In this document: piece after piece, positions 1 through 9,102 of the stretch | Layout: every line of letters begins with the position of its first letter | Numbering within the stretch: the stretch's first letter is position 1 | Assembly: GCA_007695055.1 (NCBI GenBank) | Contig: REEM01000110.1 | Location: forward strand, 1-60,458 | DNA length: 60,458 nt | Source of the DNA: Spirochaetaceae bacterium | Lineage (GTDB): Bacteria; Spirochaetota; Spirochaetia; DSM-27196; SLAA01 | Direction of reading: 5' to 3' | The notes under the pieces: generated by a model | What the model was told of the DNA's origin: nothing | Seen by the model: the letters and a program-made list of their open reading frames with translations, nothing else | Database searches by the model: none | Program-made: the position numbers and the translations under genes

Positions 1-157
1 CTGCGGCCTCGCCGACATAAGCTTTGAGCCGTTCCGCGTGGTCGCCCGGGCGAGTTGGAATGTAGACCCGGTACCCGGCCTTTAGAAGGCTTTGAACCAC
101 ACCCTCACCAATTCCACCCGAGCCTCCGGCCACAACCGCTACCTTGCTTTCCTTCAT
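1..157 (-). CDS. SDR-family oxidoreductase, N-terminal part (runs off window start)
   Basis: Manual translation from ATG at 157: MKESKVAVVAGGSGGIGEGVVQSLLKAGYRVYIP..., Rossmann GxxxGIG motif; AGGAGG RBS upstream. Confidence 0.8.
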   Translation of the reverse strand, partial: MKESKVAVVAGGSGGIGEGVVQSLLKAGYRVYIPTRPGDHAERLKAYVGEAA

Positions 158-241
158 ACAACACCTCCTGAGGTGATAAGCCTTATACAAATGGTAAGAC
201 TATTCGATGTAGTTGTACACCTCAATATAGCAGCTTAGTAG

Positions 242-270
242 TTGACGAGGTTATTACTTTGTAATACTCT
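242..270 (+). promoter_or_regulatory. sigma70-like promoter (TTGACG-17-TACTCT) overlapped by 17-bp operator-like motif TTATTACTTTGTAATAC (251-267)
   Basis: Motif recurs at 2897-2913 and 21920-21936, upstream of other metal-related genes. Confidence 0.65.
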
Positions 271-318
271 TGCGATGATTGGTTATATGCTTATATGCCC
301 AAATAAAAGGAGATCTTT

Positions 319-1209
319 ATGAAGAAAATTGTTTTTCTGGCATCGTTACTGCTCTTCAGCAGTATGCTTGTATTTGGCGCTGGGAGGAGCGAAGAACAAG
401 GCTCCACACCAGAGGCAAAGGTTGAGGCCGCCCAGGTTGGGGTTTTCGTTTCTATCCTTCCCCAGACCTACTTTGCCGAGCGAGTGGGTGGCGACAGGGT
501 GAATGTAGAGGTCATGGTGCCTCCGGGTCGCAGTCCGGGGAACTACGAGCCCACGCCGCAACAGGTAACGGCACTTGGCAATGCCGATCTTTTTTTCACA
601 ATCGGCGTCCCATTTGAGAACGCTTTCATTCCCACAATCAAAGCAAACGTACCAAACATCAGGGTCGTTGCAACTGATGCCGGTATTGAAAAACGGCTCT
701 TTGACAGAGACGGCGCCATGCGTCCCGACCCACATGTCTGGATGGACCCAATTCTAGTAAAAGAGCAGGCTGCGGTAATGCGGGACGCATTTATTGAAGC
801 TGATCCTGACTTTGAGAGCGCTTACAGAGAACGGTATGCTGCATTTGCCGCCGAGCTTGATGAGCTTGATGCCGAACTCCGTGAAGCTCTGGCACCCGTT
901 TCCGGTGGTTCTCTCTTCGTATACCATCCGGCATTCGGCTACTTTCTGGATCGCTACGATATTGAACAGGTTGCAATTGAGACAGCGGGCCGTGAGCCTT
1001 CGCCAGCCGAGCTTGAGGCGGTCATAGAGCGTGCCAAGAATGAAGGAGCCCGAGTTATCATTGCACAGCCGGAGTTTCCAAGAAATACCGCTCGCGCGGT
1101 AGCTGAGGCAATCAACGGATCGGTTGTTTCGGTGGCTCCACTCTCGCCTGACTATTCCAACAACATTCGTTCCATTGCTCAGCAGGTTCGGGAAGGGTTG
1201 TCAGAGTAG
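319..1209 (+). CDS. znuA: Zn/Mn ABC transporter substrate-binding protein (cluster A-I)
   Basis: Signal peptide, VSILPQ, YEPTP, DPHVW, YHPAFGYF, GREPS motifs; AAGGAG RBS. Confidence 0.9.
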   Translation: MKKIVFLASLLLFSSMLVFGAGRSEEQGSTPEAKVEAAQVGVFVSILPQTYFAERVGGDRVNVEVMVPPGRSPGNYEPTPQQVTALGNADLFFTIGVPFENAFIPTIKANVPNIRVVATDAGIEKRLFDRDGAMRPDPHVWMDPILVKEQAAVMRDAFIEADPDFESAYRERYAAFAAELDELDAELREALAPVSGGSLFVYHPAFGYFLDRYDIEQVAIETAGREPSPAELEAVIERAKNEGARVIIAQPEFPRNTARAVAEAINGSVVSVAPLSPDYSNNIRSIAQQVREGLSE

Positions 1210-1967
1210 TGGCTCAGAAGAGATTCCCAGTTGTAACCGCTCGGAACCTTAGTTTTGCGTACGACACCGCTGCGGTATTGCAGGGGGTGAACTTCACGGC
1301 GTATGCCGGGGAGATGATTGCGGTTATTGGTCCTAACGGCGGGGGCAAAAGCACCCTCATTAAGCTGATCTTGGGATTGATAGAACCAACCCAAGGAAGT
1401 TTGCATGTACTTGGGAAACGGCCTTCCGTCGCGCGGGGTGAGATTGGGTATGTGCCTCAGTACACGCACTTTGACACTCGCTTTCCCATTAGCGTGCGGG
1501 AGGTGGTGTTAACCGGTTGTACGCGCCCGGTATTTGGGAGACATACGAAAGCCGACAAAGCGGCCGCGGCGGGAGCCTTAGAGCGCGTTGGACTCAGTGA
1601 TCGTGCACTGGACTCCTTTGCAGAGCTTTCCGGTGGACAGCAGCAGCGCGTGCTCATTGCGCGCGCGCTGGTGTCCGACCCGAGTATTTTGCTTCTGGAT
1701 GAACCTACGGCAAACGTAGACGCATTCATGAGCGACCGATTCCTTGAGCTTGTGGTGAATCTGGCGACCGACCGAACAGTCTTCTTTGTCACCCATGATA
1801 CCGGGTATGTGTCGGAAGAGTCCGACCGTGTCTTTTGTATCAACCGGTCACTTGTCGAGCATCCGGTCGCGGCGCTTCGGCAAGACCTCGTTCACGCCAC
1901 CTACTCACAGCCGGTACGCAAGGTTCTTCATAATAAGCATATTGATACAACGCACATGACCTTATGA
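1209..1967 (+). CDS. znuC: Zn/Mn ABC transporter ATPase
   Basis: GPNGGGKS, IGYVPQ, LSGGQQQR, LLLDEP, VTHD; coupled to znuA. Confidence 0.9.
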   Translation: MAQKRFPVVTARNLSFAYDTAAVLQGVNFTAYAGEMIAVIGPNGGGKSTLIKLILGLIEPTQGSLHVLGKRPSVARGEIGYVPQYTHFDTRFPISVREVVLTGCTRPVFGRHTKADKAAAAGALERVGLSDRALDSFAELSGGQQQRVLIARALVSDPSILLLDEPTANVDAFMSDRFLELVVNLATDRTVFFVTHDTGYVSEESDRVFCINRSLVEHPVAALRQDLVHATYSQPVRKVLHNKHIDTTHMTL

Positions 1968-1974
1968 GGTATAC

Positions 1975-2841
1975 ATGAACGCATTGACTGCTTTCTTTGC
2001 CGCACTCAACAACCCAAACGTGCCGTTCATTCGCTACGCTCTGTTCGCTGGGCTTATGTCGTCGACGGCATTCGGCATGGTTGGGGGCATTGTGGTGGTT
2101 CGCCGAATTAGCTATGTTGCTGGCGCCATAAGTCACGCTGCTCTTGCAGGTCTTGGAGCCTCGTTGTATTTTAGCGAGGTACACGCAGTCCACTGGCTCA
2201 CCCCAATGCTTGGCGCTGGCATTGTTGCGGTCCTATGTTCCTGGATTATCGCGTTGGTGACGCTGTACGCAGCCGAACGCGAGGACACAATCATTGGGGC
2301 AATCTGGGCTGTAGGTATGGCTACCGGGCTCATATTTATTGCCAAGACTCCAGGCTACGTAGATGCCATGAGTTACCTCTTTGGAAACATTCTTCTGGTC
2401 GGCCGCACGGAGCTGAGAATCATTGGCATGGCGAGTTTTGTGACGGCCCTAACCGTCATTCTGTTCTATCCGCAAATCCAGTCCCTATGCTTTGATGAAA
2501 CATACGCCGAGACGCGCGGGCAGCCCACTGCGTTTTTCACCCTGCTGTTGTATACGCTGTCGGCAGTAACCGTGGTACTCATGGTGTCGACGGTTGGAAT
2601 TGTAATGGTTATTGCTATGTTGACGCTGCCCGCAGCCACGGCCGGGCTGGTTGCTCGTCGTCTGCAAACAATGATGGTGCTGGCAATTGCACTGTGCGCG
2701 TTGGCCAACACCGCTGGCCTTGCTACCAGCTACTATCTCAACGTGCCAACAGGCCCTACTACCATCATTCTCAGTGGTGCTCTTTACCTTGTCACACTCG
2801 TACTTCGGACTGCTGCAAAGAGGCTTCGGCGCGGGATGTAG
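1975..2841 (+). CDS. znuB: Zn/Mn ABC transporter permease (ABC-3)
   Basis: GAISHAAL, SYLFGNIL, FDETYA, LTLPAATA motifs; multiple TM segments. Confidence 0.9.
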   Translation: MNALTAFFAALNNPNVPFIRYALFAGLMSSTAFGMVGGIVVVRRISYVAGAISHAALAGLGASLYFSEVHAVHWLTPMLGAGIVAVLCSWIIALVTLYAAEREDTIIGAIWAVGMATGLIFIAKTPGYVDAMSYLFGNILLVGRTELRIIGMASFVTALTVILFYPQIQSLCFDETYAETRGQPTAFFTLLLYTLSAVTVVLMVSTVGIVMVIAMLTLPAATAGLVARRLQTMMVLAIALCALANTAGLATSYYLNVPTGPTTIILSGALYLVTLVLRTAAKRLRRGM

Positions 2842-2896
2842 GCCGTCATTGGCGCCGCACGTAGGCCCTGTCTATAAGCACTTGCCGCCAGCTACA

Positions 2897-2913
2897 GTAA
2901 TACTTTATATTAC
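2897..2913 (+). promoter_or_regulatory. 17-bp palindromic operator GTAATA-CTTTA-TATTAC overlapping a putative promoter (TTGCCG...TATATT)
   Basis: Perfect 6-5-6 palindrome; matches motifs at 251 and 21920. Confidence 0.65.
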
Positions 2914-2972
2914 CACTACTCATGACCGCTGGAGCCGAACGAGGCAAGCGGCGAATGCAGGAGGTTATTTTC

Positions 2973-4343
2973 ATGCCAATTGACATAAATGAAGATGGAC
3001 GCATACCGGTGACCGTGCTCACGGGGTTTCTTGGATCCGGCAAGACAACTTTGCTCAATAGAATACTTGCGGAAAAGCACGGGAAACGCATTGCGGTTAT
3101 AGAGAATGAGTTTGGTGAGATTGGCGTTGATCACGAGCTGGTCATTGGCGCCGACGAAGAGGTCTTTGAGATGAACAATGGCTGCATCTGTTGTACCGTG
3201 CGTGGTGATCTCATTCGAATTCTGGGAAAGCTCATGCGGCAACGTGATCGGTTTGACTATATATTAATTGAGACAACCGGTATGGCAGATCCAGGGCCGG
3301 TGATTCAGACATTCTTCATGGATGACGAGCTGCGCGATGCCTTCCGGGTTGATGCTTGCGTGACGGTAGTTGATGCCAAGCACCTTCCGCTGCATCTGGA
3401 CAAGCAAGAGGAAGCCCTTGAGCAGGTCGCATTTGCAGATGTCATTCTGCTGAACAAATGTGATCTGGTTTCGGAAACCGAGCTTGAAAGTCTTGAGGCA
3501 CGACTGAAGAGCATTAATGTGCGGACCAAGCTGTATCGGTCGACCAATGCCGAGGTTCCGCTTGACGCTATACTTGATGTCGGAGCCTTCAGTCTGGACG
3601 ACGTCTTGGATATTGATCCCAAGTTTCTGGAGCCAGAGTACCCTTTTGAATGGGCTGGAGTTCTGAACTTAGCTGCCGAGTCTTACACCGTTGAGCTCCG
3701 CTCGGGGCCGGATCCAAGCATGGACATGGCGTTGTTCAAGCTCAACGGAGCGCCGACGAGTGCTGAGGGTGTCGCCCCAAGTACCGAACGGGCAGTACGT
3801 TTGTTTGCGGAGGACTACCTCCCGCTCTTTGACGGCGCTACCTGTGTACCAGCTGAGCAACGATATCGACTTGAGACTCGCCAGCCTCAGCAGACATTCG
3901 TGCTTCAGGTAGAGAACCCAGGGCTCTATGCAATGTACACCGAGCATCATCCGAACGAGTTCAACATGAAAGTTCGCAGAAACTCCTCAGGCGCCATAGT
4001 CGCACCGGAAAGGGAGGCCGAGTTCAAACCGGATCACCAGCACGACGACGAGGTCACCTCGGTAGGGATCAACATTGCCGGAGACCTTGACGGCCCCAAA
4101 CTTGAAAGCTGGCTGGGTGCGTTGCTACGCATACAGGGCCCTGACATTTACCGCATGAAGGGTGTGCTTTCGCTCGCCGGTCAGGAGCGGCGCTTTGTGT
4201 TTCAGGGTGTCCACATGCTCTTTGACGGGAATCCCGGCAAGGAGTGGGGGCCGAACGAGGAGCGCAAAAACTCGCTGGTGTTTATTGGGCGCTATCTGGA
4301 CCGCGCAGAGCTTGAGCAAGGCTTCCGTCAATGTATCGCGTAG
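2973..4343 (+). CDS. COG0523/CobW-family G3E GTPase metallochaperone with internal inserted domain
   Basis: [43 protein letters not shown], CobW_C (YRMKG..FQGVH..LVFIGR); GGAGG RBS favours ATG 2973 over 2922. Confidence 0.9.
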   Translation: MPIDINEDGRIPVTVLTGFLGSGKTTLLNRILAEKHGKRIAVIENEFGEIGVDHELVIGADEEVFEMNNGCICCTVRGDLIRILGKLMRQRDRFDYILIETTGMADPGPVIQTFFMDDELRDAFRVDACVTVVDAKHLPLHLDKQEEALEQVAFADVILLNKCDLVSETELESLEARLKSINVRTKLYRSTNAEVPLDAILDVGAFSLDDVLDIDPKFLEPEYPFEWAGVLNLAAESYTVELRSGPDPSMDMALFKLNGAPTSAEGVAPSTERAVRLFAEDYLPLFDGATCVPAEQRYRLETRQPQQTFVLQVENPGLYAMYTEHHPNEFNMKVRRNSSGAIVAPEREAEFKPDHQHDDEVTSVGINIAGDLDGPKLESWLGALLRIQGPDIYRMKGVLSLAGQERRFVFQGVHMLFDGNPGKEWGPNEERKNSLVFIGRYLDRAELEQGFRQCIA

Positions 4344-5407
4344 ATGCACGCCCGACCCGCATTGAACTGGAGCCTGCGCATGCCTTCTCGGTTGATGGAG
4401 AAGTTGTTGAGTTGGCGTGGGGGTACGAAGATCAGCAGGTATACGCTGCAACCGCCGACGGCGAACTGTGCCGCTACGACACTCAGTCGAAAAAGAAGGT
4501 TTGGCGTAACACCATGCACAGCGCTGGGGTGAGTTCGCTCTCACTCTCAGCCAATGGGGCCTTGTTAGCAAGCTGCGGGCTTGACGACCACCTCTATCTC
4601 TACAACGCGTGTACCGGCACCATTCTCCAGGACGAGCGCTTGCCAGCCTGGGGGGAACGAGCTCGGTTTTCACCGGACGGGGAGTACCTTGCTGTTGCGT
4701 GTGGGCGGCAGGTGCGTGTGTTCCGTTGCGGTGCTGGCTCGCTTGAGTTGAGTGATGTGTTTGACTCCCATGCAAGCACCGTGACCGACATCGCCTGGGA
4801 TCCGAGTTCTCAGCGCATAGCTGCAACCGCGTACGGGGCAGTGTCTGTCTGGCCCATTCAGGACCCAGCCAATGTGCGGCGCTTCGAGTGGAAGGGCTCA
4901 TCATTGTGCGTGGCCTGGAGTCCAGGAGCCCGATTCCTTGCAACCGGCGACCAGGATGCGACGGTCCATTTTTGGTTTGTTGAAAGTGGCACCGACCTGC
5001 AGATGTATGGATACGAAAACAAGGTGCGTGAACTGTCGTGGGACTGGTCGGGACGATACCTTGCGACCGGCGGGGGCAGAGTGGCCTGCATCTGGGACTG
5101 TGAAGGAAAGAAGGGGCCGGAAAACACCCGACCGCTTGAGCTTATGTACCATAGTGAGAAGGTGAGGGCTCTGCAGTTTGCGCACCACGACCGCATTGTA
5201 GCAACTGGGGATGGGCTTGGAATGCTTGCCATCTGGGATCCATTTGACGATATCGGACCTCGAGAATCTATAGAACCGGTAGACCGCAGAATGCTGCCGG
5301 ATGCAGTGAGCGTTCTTTCCTTTTCTCCCGCGGATCGCTACCTGGCTGTTGGCTGCGCCGACGGTACGGTCTTTCTGTATTTGTGCCATGGTCGGGGCAT
5401 ATGCTGA
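4331..5407 (+). CDS. WD40 beta-propeller protein
   Basis: About 7-8 WD40-like repeats ([33 protein letters not shown]); overlaps the GTPase stop. Confidence 0.85.
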   Translation: MYRVDARPTRIELEPAHAFSVDGEVVELAWGYEDQQVYAATADGELCRYDTQSKKKVWRNTMHSAGVSSLSLSANGALLASCGLDDHLYLYNACTGTILQDERLPAWGERARFSPDGEYLAVACGRQVRVFRCGAGSLELSDVFDSHASTVTDIAWDPSSQRIAATAYGAVSVWPIQDPANVRRFEWKGSSLCVAWSPGARFLATGDQDATVHFWFVESGTDLQMYGYENKVRELSWDWSGRYLATGGGRVACIWDCEGKKGPENTRPLELMYHSEKVRALQFAHHDRIVATGDGLGMLAIWDPFDDIGPRESIEPVDRRMLPDAVSVLSFSPADRYLAVGCADGTVFLYLCHGRGIC

Positions 5408-5567
5408 TGAGTACGGCCCTCTGCGTCTCTACGGGACCGATATTCTGTTCAACAACGCTGGAAGCACCATACGCAAACCCATCCATGAGCTCTCACTGGG
5501 CGCGTGGAACCAGGTTATCACAAACAATCTGACCAGCATGTCTCTTGTTACGCGCGAATCATATTGA
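5401..5567 (+). pseudogene. Internal fragment of an SDR oxidoreductase
   Basis: DILFNNAGSTIRKPIHELSLGAWNQVITNNLTS: SDR NNAG motif and following helix, with no N- or C-terminus. Confidence 0.7.
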
Positions 5568-5598
5568 ACACGTGGCCACGCGTGGCTATGTTTCATGT
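5564..5598 (+). promoter_or_regulatory. TA promoter TTGAAC-17-TATGTT with tandem palindromic operator CGTGGCCACG-CGTGGCTATG; leaderless
   Basis: Read directly; ATG lies 6 nt after the -10 hexamer. Confidence 0.6.
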
Positions 5599-5907
5599 AT
5601 GAAGACGAAAGCGGTCAAGACCAAGCAACTACGGGATAACTTAAGTAGCTATCTTCGCGAGGTTCGTGCAGGGGTGCGCATCCTAGTTCTGGATCGAGAC
5701 GAAGTTGTCGCGGAGCTCCACGAGCCGAGCGGGTTATACCCGGCACCGCTTTCGAGCATGGCGGAGGAGCTAGTGAGACAGGCCAAGCTTATTCCGGCAC
5801 GTGGAGAGGCGGTGGAGTGTCCGGAGAGCCCGGTCAAACTGCCTGCCGGTAGCGCTACTCGGTATTTGGACGCGGATAGAGATGAGCCTTATGGCGCTGT
5901 ACGTTGA
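5599..5907 (+). CDS. vapB: Phd/YefM-type antitoxin
   Basis: KAVKTKQLRDNLSSYLREVRAG..ILVLDRDEVVAEL; overlaps PIN gene. Confidence 0.8.
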   Translation: MKTKAVKTKQLRDNLSSYLREVRAGVRILVLDRDEVVAELHEPSGLYPAPLSSMAEELVRQAKLIPARGEAVECPESPVKLPAGSATRYLDADRDEPYGAVR

Positions 5908-6318
5908 CAGCTCGGCAATTCTCGCCTGGATTTTTGGCGAGGCTGCCGGTGAGCACGCACGCAAGGTCATGAACTCGGTGAGCCCCGTAGTCAGCTCTAC
6001 CTTGAGCGTGTTGGAGGTGGAACGTGCGGTGCGGCGAGCCCTCAGCGTAGGGCCATCACCGAAGCTGAGGCCGTTAAGCTTCAAGGTATGTTCCGTTCGG
6101 TCAGTCGTGGTTGGGAGTTTATGGAAATGACCCCTGAGATTCAGCGCCGCGCTGCTGAGTCGTTCCCGGTGGAGCCACTACGCAGCCTTGATGCGCTGCA
6201 TCTTGCGACGGCGCTGTCCTTTCTTGAGTTATACAGCGATCTTAGGGTTTTGAGTTTCGACACGCGAATCCTTGATAATCTTGGTGCTCTCGGGGTGCCT
6301 GACTCTGCCGGTGGTTGA
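5891..6318 (+). pseudogene. vapC: VapC PIN toxin with 1-nt frameshift at about 6050
   Basis: MALYVDSSAIL..EVERAVRR in one frame; AITEAEA..LRSLDALHLATAL..SFD in another; one extra G in the GGG run restores the frame. Confidence 0.8.
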
Positions 6319-6378
6319 GTGGCAGAGGTCTGGGTGGAACTCAACTGCTCAACGAGAGAGCAAACATACTTGATCGCT

Positions 6379-6518
6379 CGGCGCGCATAGTTCCGGATCG
6401 TGACTCACCCGAGCCGAGCTATCCTCAGTTTGTCTCTCGAGCCAAGGCGATATTAGGTGAGGTGAAGGGCGTGCCGGTTAGTGATCTCATTCAGGAAGAC
6501 CGCGGTGAGCGCGTGTGA
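6379..6518 (+). pseudogene. 5'-truncated Phd-type antitoxin remnant
   Basis: ARIVP...VSDLIQEDRGERV* typical C-terminal half, GTGA-coupled to a PIN gene. Confidence 0.6.
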
Positions 6519-6839
6519 ATGCCTGCCTGGACAGCAGTGTCCTGGTGAAGCTCTACTATCCGGAACCGGAGAGCGAGCGTGTTGAGCGCTGGATACATCT
6601 ACACAAAGCACAGCTTCTGTTTACATCTCTTCATGCCCAATTGGTCGCGGGTCTTTCTTGACGCCGAACGCATTGGTGAAACCCTTAGCAGGCGCTTGGG
6701 AACACGGTCGCTCGACATACTGCACATTGCTGTAGCGCGTGATTCGCCGGCCGATGTCTTTCTCACGAATGATGCTCGTCAGGGACACGCTGCGGAACAC
6801 TACGGGCTGCAGGTGGAGTTTCTTTCCGGACTGGACTGA
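6515..6839 (+). pseudogene. vapC: VapC PIN toxin with internal deletion and frameshift at about 6635
   Basis: (M)NACLDSSVLVKLYYPEPES..FTSLH, then a shifted frame with TRSLDILHIAVA..FLTNDARQ; central catalytic Glu helix missing. Confidence 0.8.
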
Positions 6840-6905
6840 GCATATTCGGATTCTCTTTGTGGAAGCGCGAATCCGAGCGTACACCGTAATCCGCGAGTTC
6901 GGAGC

Positions 6906-8189
6906 TTAGGTGCCTATCTCGCGGGCCCGAATTGAGGCAATAGCGCCCGCCGCAACCAGAACCAGCACAATGAGTAGCAAGAAGGCGGGCCGGTAGCTTC
7001 CGGTGAGGTCAAAGACCGCGCCAGCTACGGTGGGGCCTAGAGAGCCCGCAAGCGTGCCCACAAAAATAGTTGTTCCGTAGAGCAGCCCGTGGACTCGGAT
7101 TCCAAACAGCTCCGCCACGAGCGGTGAGACACAGGTGAACATTCCCCCATGGGCAAATCCATAGATCACCGCAAAGAGGTACAGCAGCACAGGGCCAGCC
7201 GCAAATTGCAACAGCACAAAGGACGTCAGCATGATGGCATAGCAGTACAACAGTGCGAGTCGCCCCCCGATCCTGTCCACGAGGCTCCCCATGACCATGC
7301 GCCCAGCTATGCTAAAGCCGCCAATCACCGACAGAAGCCCAGCCGCGAATGCCCGCTCAATCCCAAGGTCGGTGGCGTGCGGTACCAGGTGCACTATGAT
7401 AATGGGGGTGCAGAACAGCACCGCACCCTGCGCAATGCCGAGTCTGAGGAACTCCGGGCGGCGCATCATGTCCCGTGCGCGCTGCGGAGGCGCCTCCGGG
7501 GCACGTTCATCTACCGCTGGGGGAGTTGGGGTCGATGCTTCCACGACGGCTGCTAAGTTCGGGAGTACGGCTGCATCCTGGTGGGGGACACCGGCGTCCT
7601 CGGGTGAGCGGTACATCCAGCGAGCTGCCAAGAAAACCAAGGGGCCGGTCACCGCGGCTATCCACAGGTAGGCGTTGCGCCATCCGAAGAGCGAGATAAG
7701 CACCGCCGCGGCTGCCGGTGCAATGACCTGCCCGGTGCCGGTACCGACCTTGACTATAGCCGACATCCGACCACGTCGCCGCTCAAACCAACGCGCTACC
7801 GCAGAGAGAGTTACTACATCGTGGCTGCCGAAGGCAAGCCCAACAAAAATAGGGTAGGCCACAAGCAGGTGCCACGGCATGGTCATGCGCGACATAATGA
7901 GAAACCCCAGCGTAATGGCAACACCAGCAGCACTGAGAATGCGGCGCGGGCCGGTGACATCTGTGAGCCGTCCAAACAGCATTGCAGTAAAGCCCATTAC
8001 AAGTGATGCAAGCGAAGGCGCCGCCGAGATTGCTGCCCGCGACCAGCCGAGCTCTGTATGCATGGCGTCAAAAAACACACCGTAGGTGAAAATGGCACCG
8101 ACAATGGTGCCCTGAATAACAAAGCCAGCGGCAACAATGGCATAGCCATGGTAATGTTTGCTAAGAAGGGTGACTGATTCTTTTCTCAT
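6906..8189 (-). CDS. MFS transporter (MCT/OFA-like)
   Basis: GRLTDVTGPR and GSLVDRIGGR motif A, WFERRRG, ELFG; about 12 TM segments. Confidence 0.85.
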   Translation of the reverse strand: MRKESVTLLSKHYHGYAIVAAGFVIQGTIVGAIFTYGVFFDAMHTELGWSRAAISAAPSLASLVMGFTAMLFGRLTDVTGPRRILSAAGVAITLGFLIMSRMTMPWHLLVAYPIFVGLAFGSHDVVTLSAVARWFERRRGRMSAIVKVGTGTGQVIAPAAAAVLISLFGWRNAYLWIAAVTGPLVFLAARWMYRSPEDAGVPHQDAAVLPNLAAVVEASTPTPPAVDERAPEAPPQRARDMMRRPEFLRLGIAQGAVLFCTPIIIVHLVPHATDLGIERAFAAGLLSVIGGFSIAGRMVMGSLVDRIGGRLALLYCYAIMLTSFVLLQFAAGPVLLYLFAVIYGFAHGGMFTCVSPLVAELFGIRVHGLLYGTTIFVGTLAGSLGPTVAGAVFDLTGSYRPAFLLLIVLVLVAAGAIASIRAREIGT

Positions 8190-8301
8190 AGGTGGGCTTA
8201 GTATACAGATAACTTTCCAGGTGGGCACGCCGCGATAGCCAGAGTTTCCTTCTGTACCACGAGACAGTACACTACAAGCAACAAAAGGCGTTGAGGTTAC
8301 C

Positions 8302-8976
8302 ATGATACAGTCCCTACGAATCACCACCGGTTATCCCAGCAGGCTGCCTGGAATTGGAGGTCGCACGCATGCCTTTGAGGACCGCATTAATGTGTTGTTT
8401 GGGCCAAACGGAGCTGGAAAGACAACGCTCTTGAGAACACTTGCCGTGTGCACTGGGTGCGGCGAGGGCGGATGGTCGGACCATGGAGCTCCGCAGGACC
8501 CTGGGTACAAGGTACGTCTGCGTTGGAACGGCGACCCGGTCTTTTATCAAGACTGCTACAGCCAGTCCGAGCAGTCGTTCCTGGGGGGCTCATATCTGGA
8601 AGAGCATGAGGTCTTACGCTCGACCGGTGAGAAGCGCATTGGGCTCATTAACGAGCTCATTGACTATCTTGAGGAGCGCTTCCTTACGCATGTAGTTAAG
8701 AAGTCCGGCGAGCGCCCTACGCTGCTGCTGGATGAGGTAGATAACCACATTGGCTTTGCTGGCCAGGCCGTCCTCTGGAAAGAGATATTCCCGCGCCTGT
8801 CAAAAAAGTACCAGCTCATTATTTCCACCCACAGTATCTTTCCGGTGCTGCTGCGCACAGAGAGCAGCTTCCGCAGTGACAACATTATTGAACTCTCACC
8901 CTACTACCGCTTGCAGTGCCTCCAGGCCCTTGGCGAGGCAATAGAGCACTACAACAAGGTTCAGGGCTTGGAGTGA
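8302..8976 (+). CDS. Stand-alone ABC/AAA_21-like ATPase
   Basis: GPNGAGKTT, STGE signature, LLLDEVD, ISTHS. Confidence 0.75.
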   Translation: MIQSLRITTGYPSRLPGIGGRTHAFEDRINVLFGPNGAGKTTLLRTLAVCTGCGEGGWSDHGAPQDPGYKVRLRWNGDPVFYQDCYSQSEQSFLGGSYLEEHEVLRSTGEKRIGLINELIDYLEERFLTHVVKKSGERPTLLLDEVDNHIGFAGQAVLWKEIFPRLSKKYQLIISTHSIFPVLLRTESSFRSDNIIELSPYYRLQCLQALGEAIEHYNKVQGLE

Positions 8977-8991
8977 CAGCAAATCTACCTC

Positions 8992-9040
8992 TTTGTCTGT
9001 GCGCTAACGCACAGACAAACCAATGACTGGTGCCTATTGT
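8992..9040 (+). promoter_or_regulatory. Perfect 12-4-12 inverted repeat containing TGTGC-N6-GCACA (CRP/FNR-like box) plus -10 TATTGT (9035-9040)
   Basis: TTTGTCTGTGCG-CTAA-CGCACAGACAAA; centre at -41.5 relative to the inferred TSS 9047. Confidence 0.65.
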
Positions 9041-9102
9041 TTCCTACAGTGCGAGTAGCGCGCTCGGCGGCATATTGAGCGAGCGCTACCGGAAGGAAGC
9101 CT

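Noticed and set aside
1-5567. SDR at window start and SDR shard at 5401 as two halves of one split gene
   Set aside because: Opposite strands, and the first ORF continues beyond the window
8992-9019. Intrinsic terminator for the ATPase gene
   Set aside because: No U-tract on the + strand; CRP-like geometry fits better, though a dual role is not excluded
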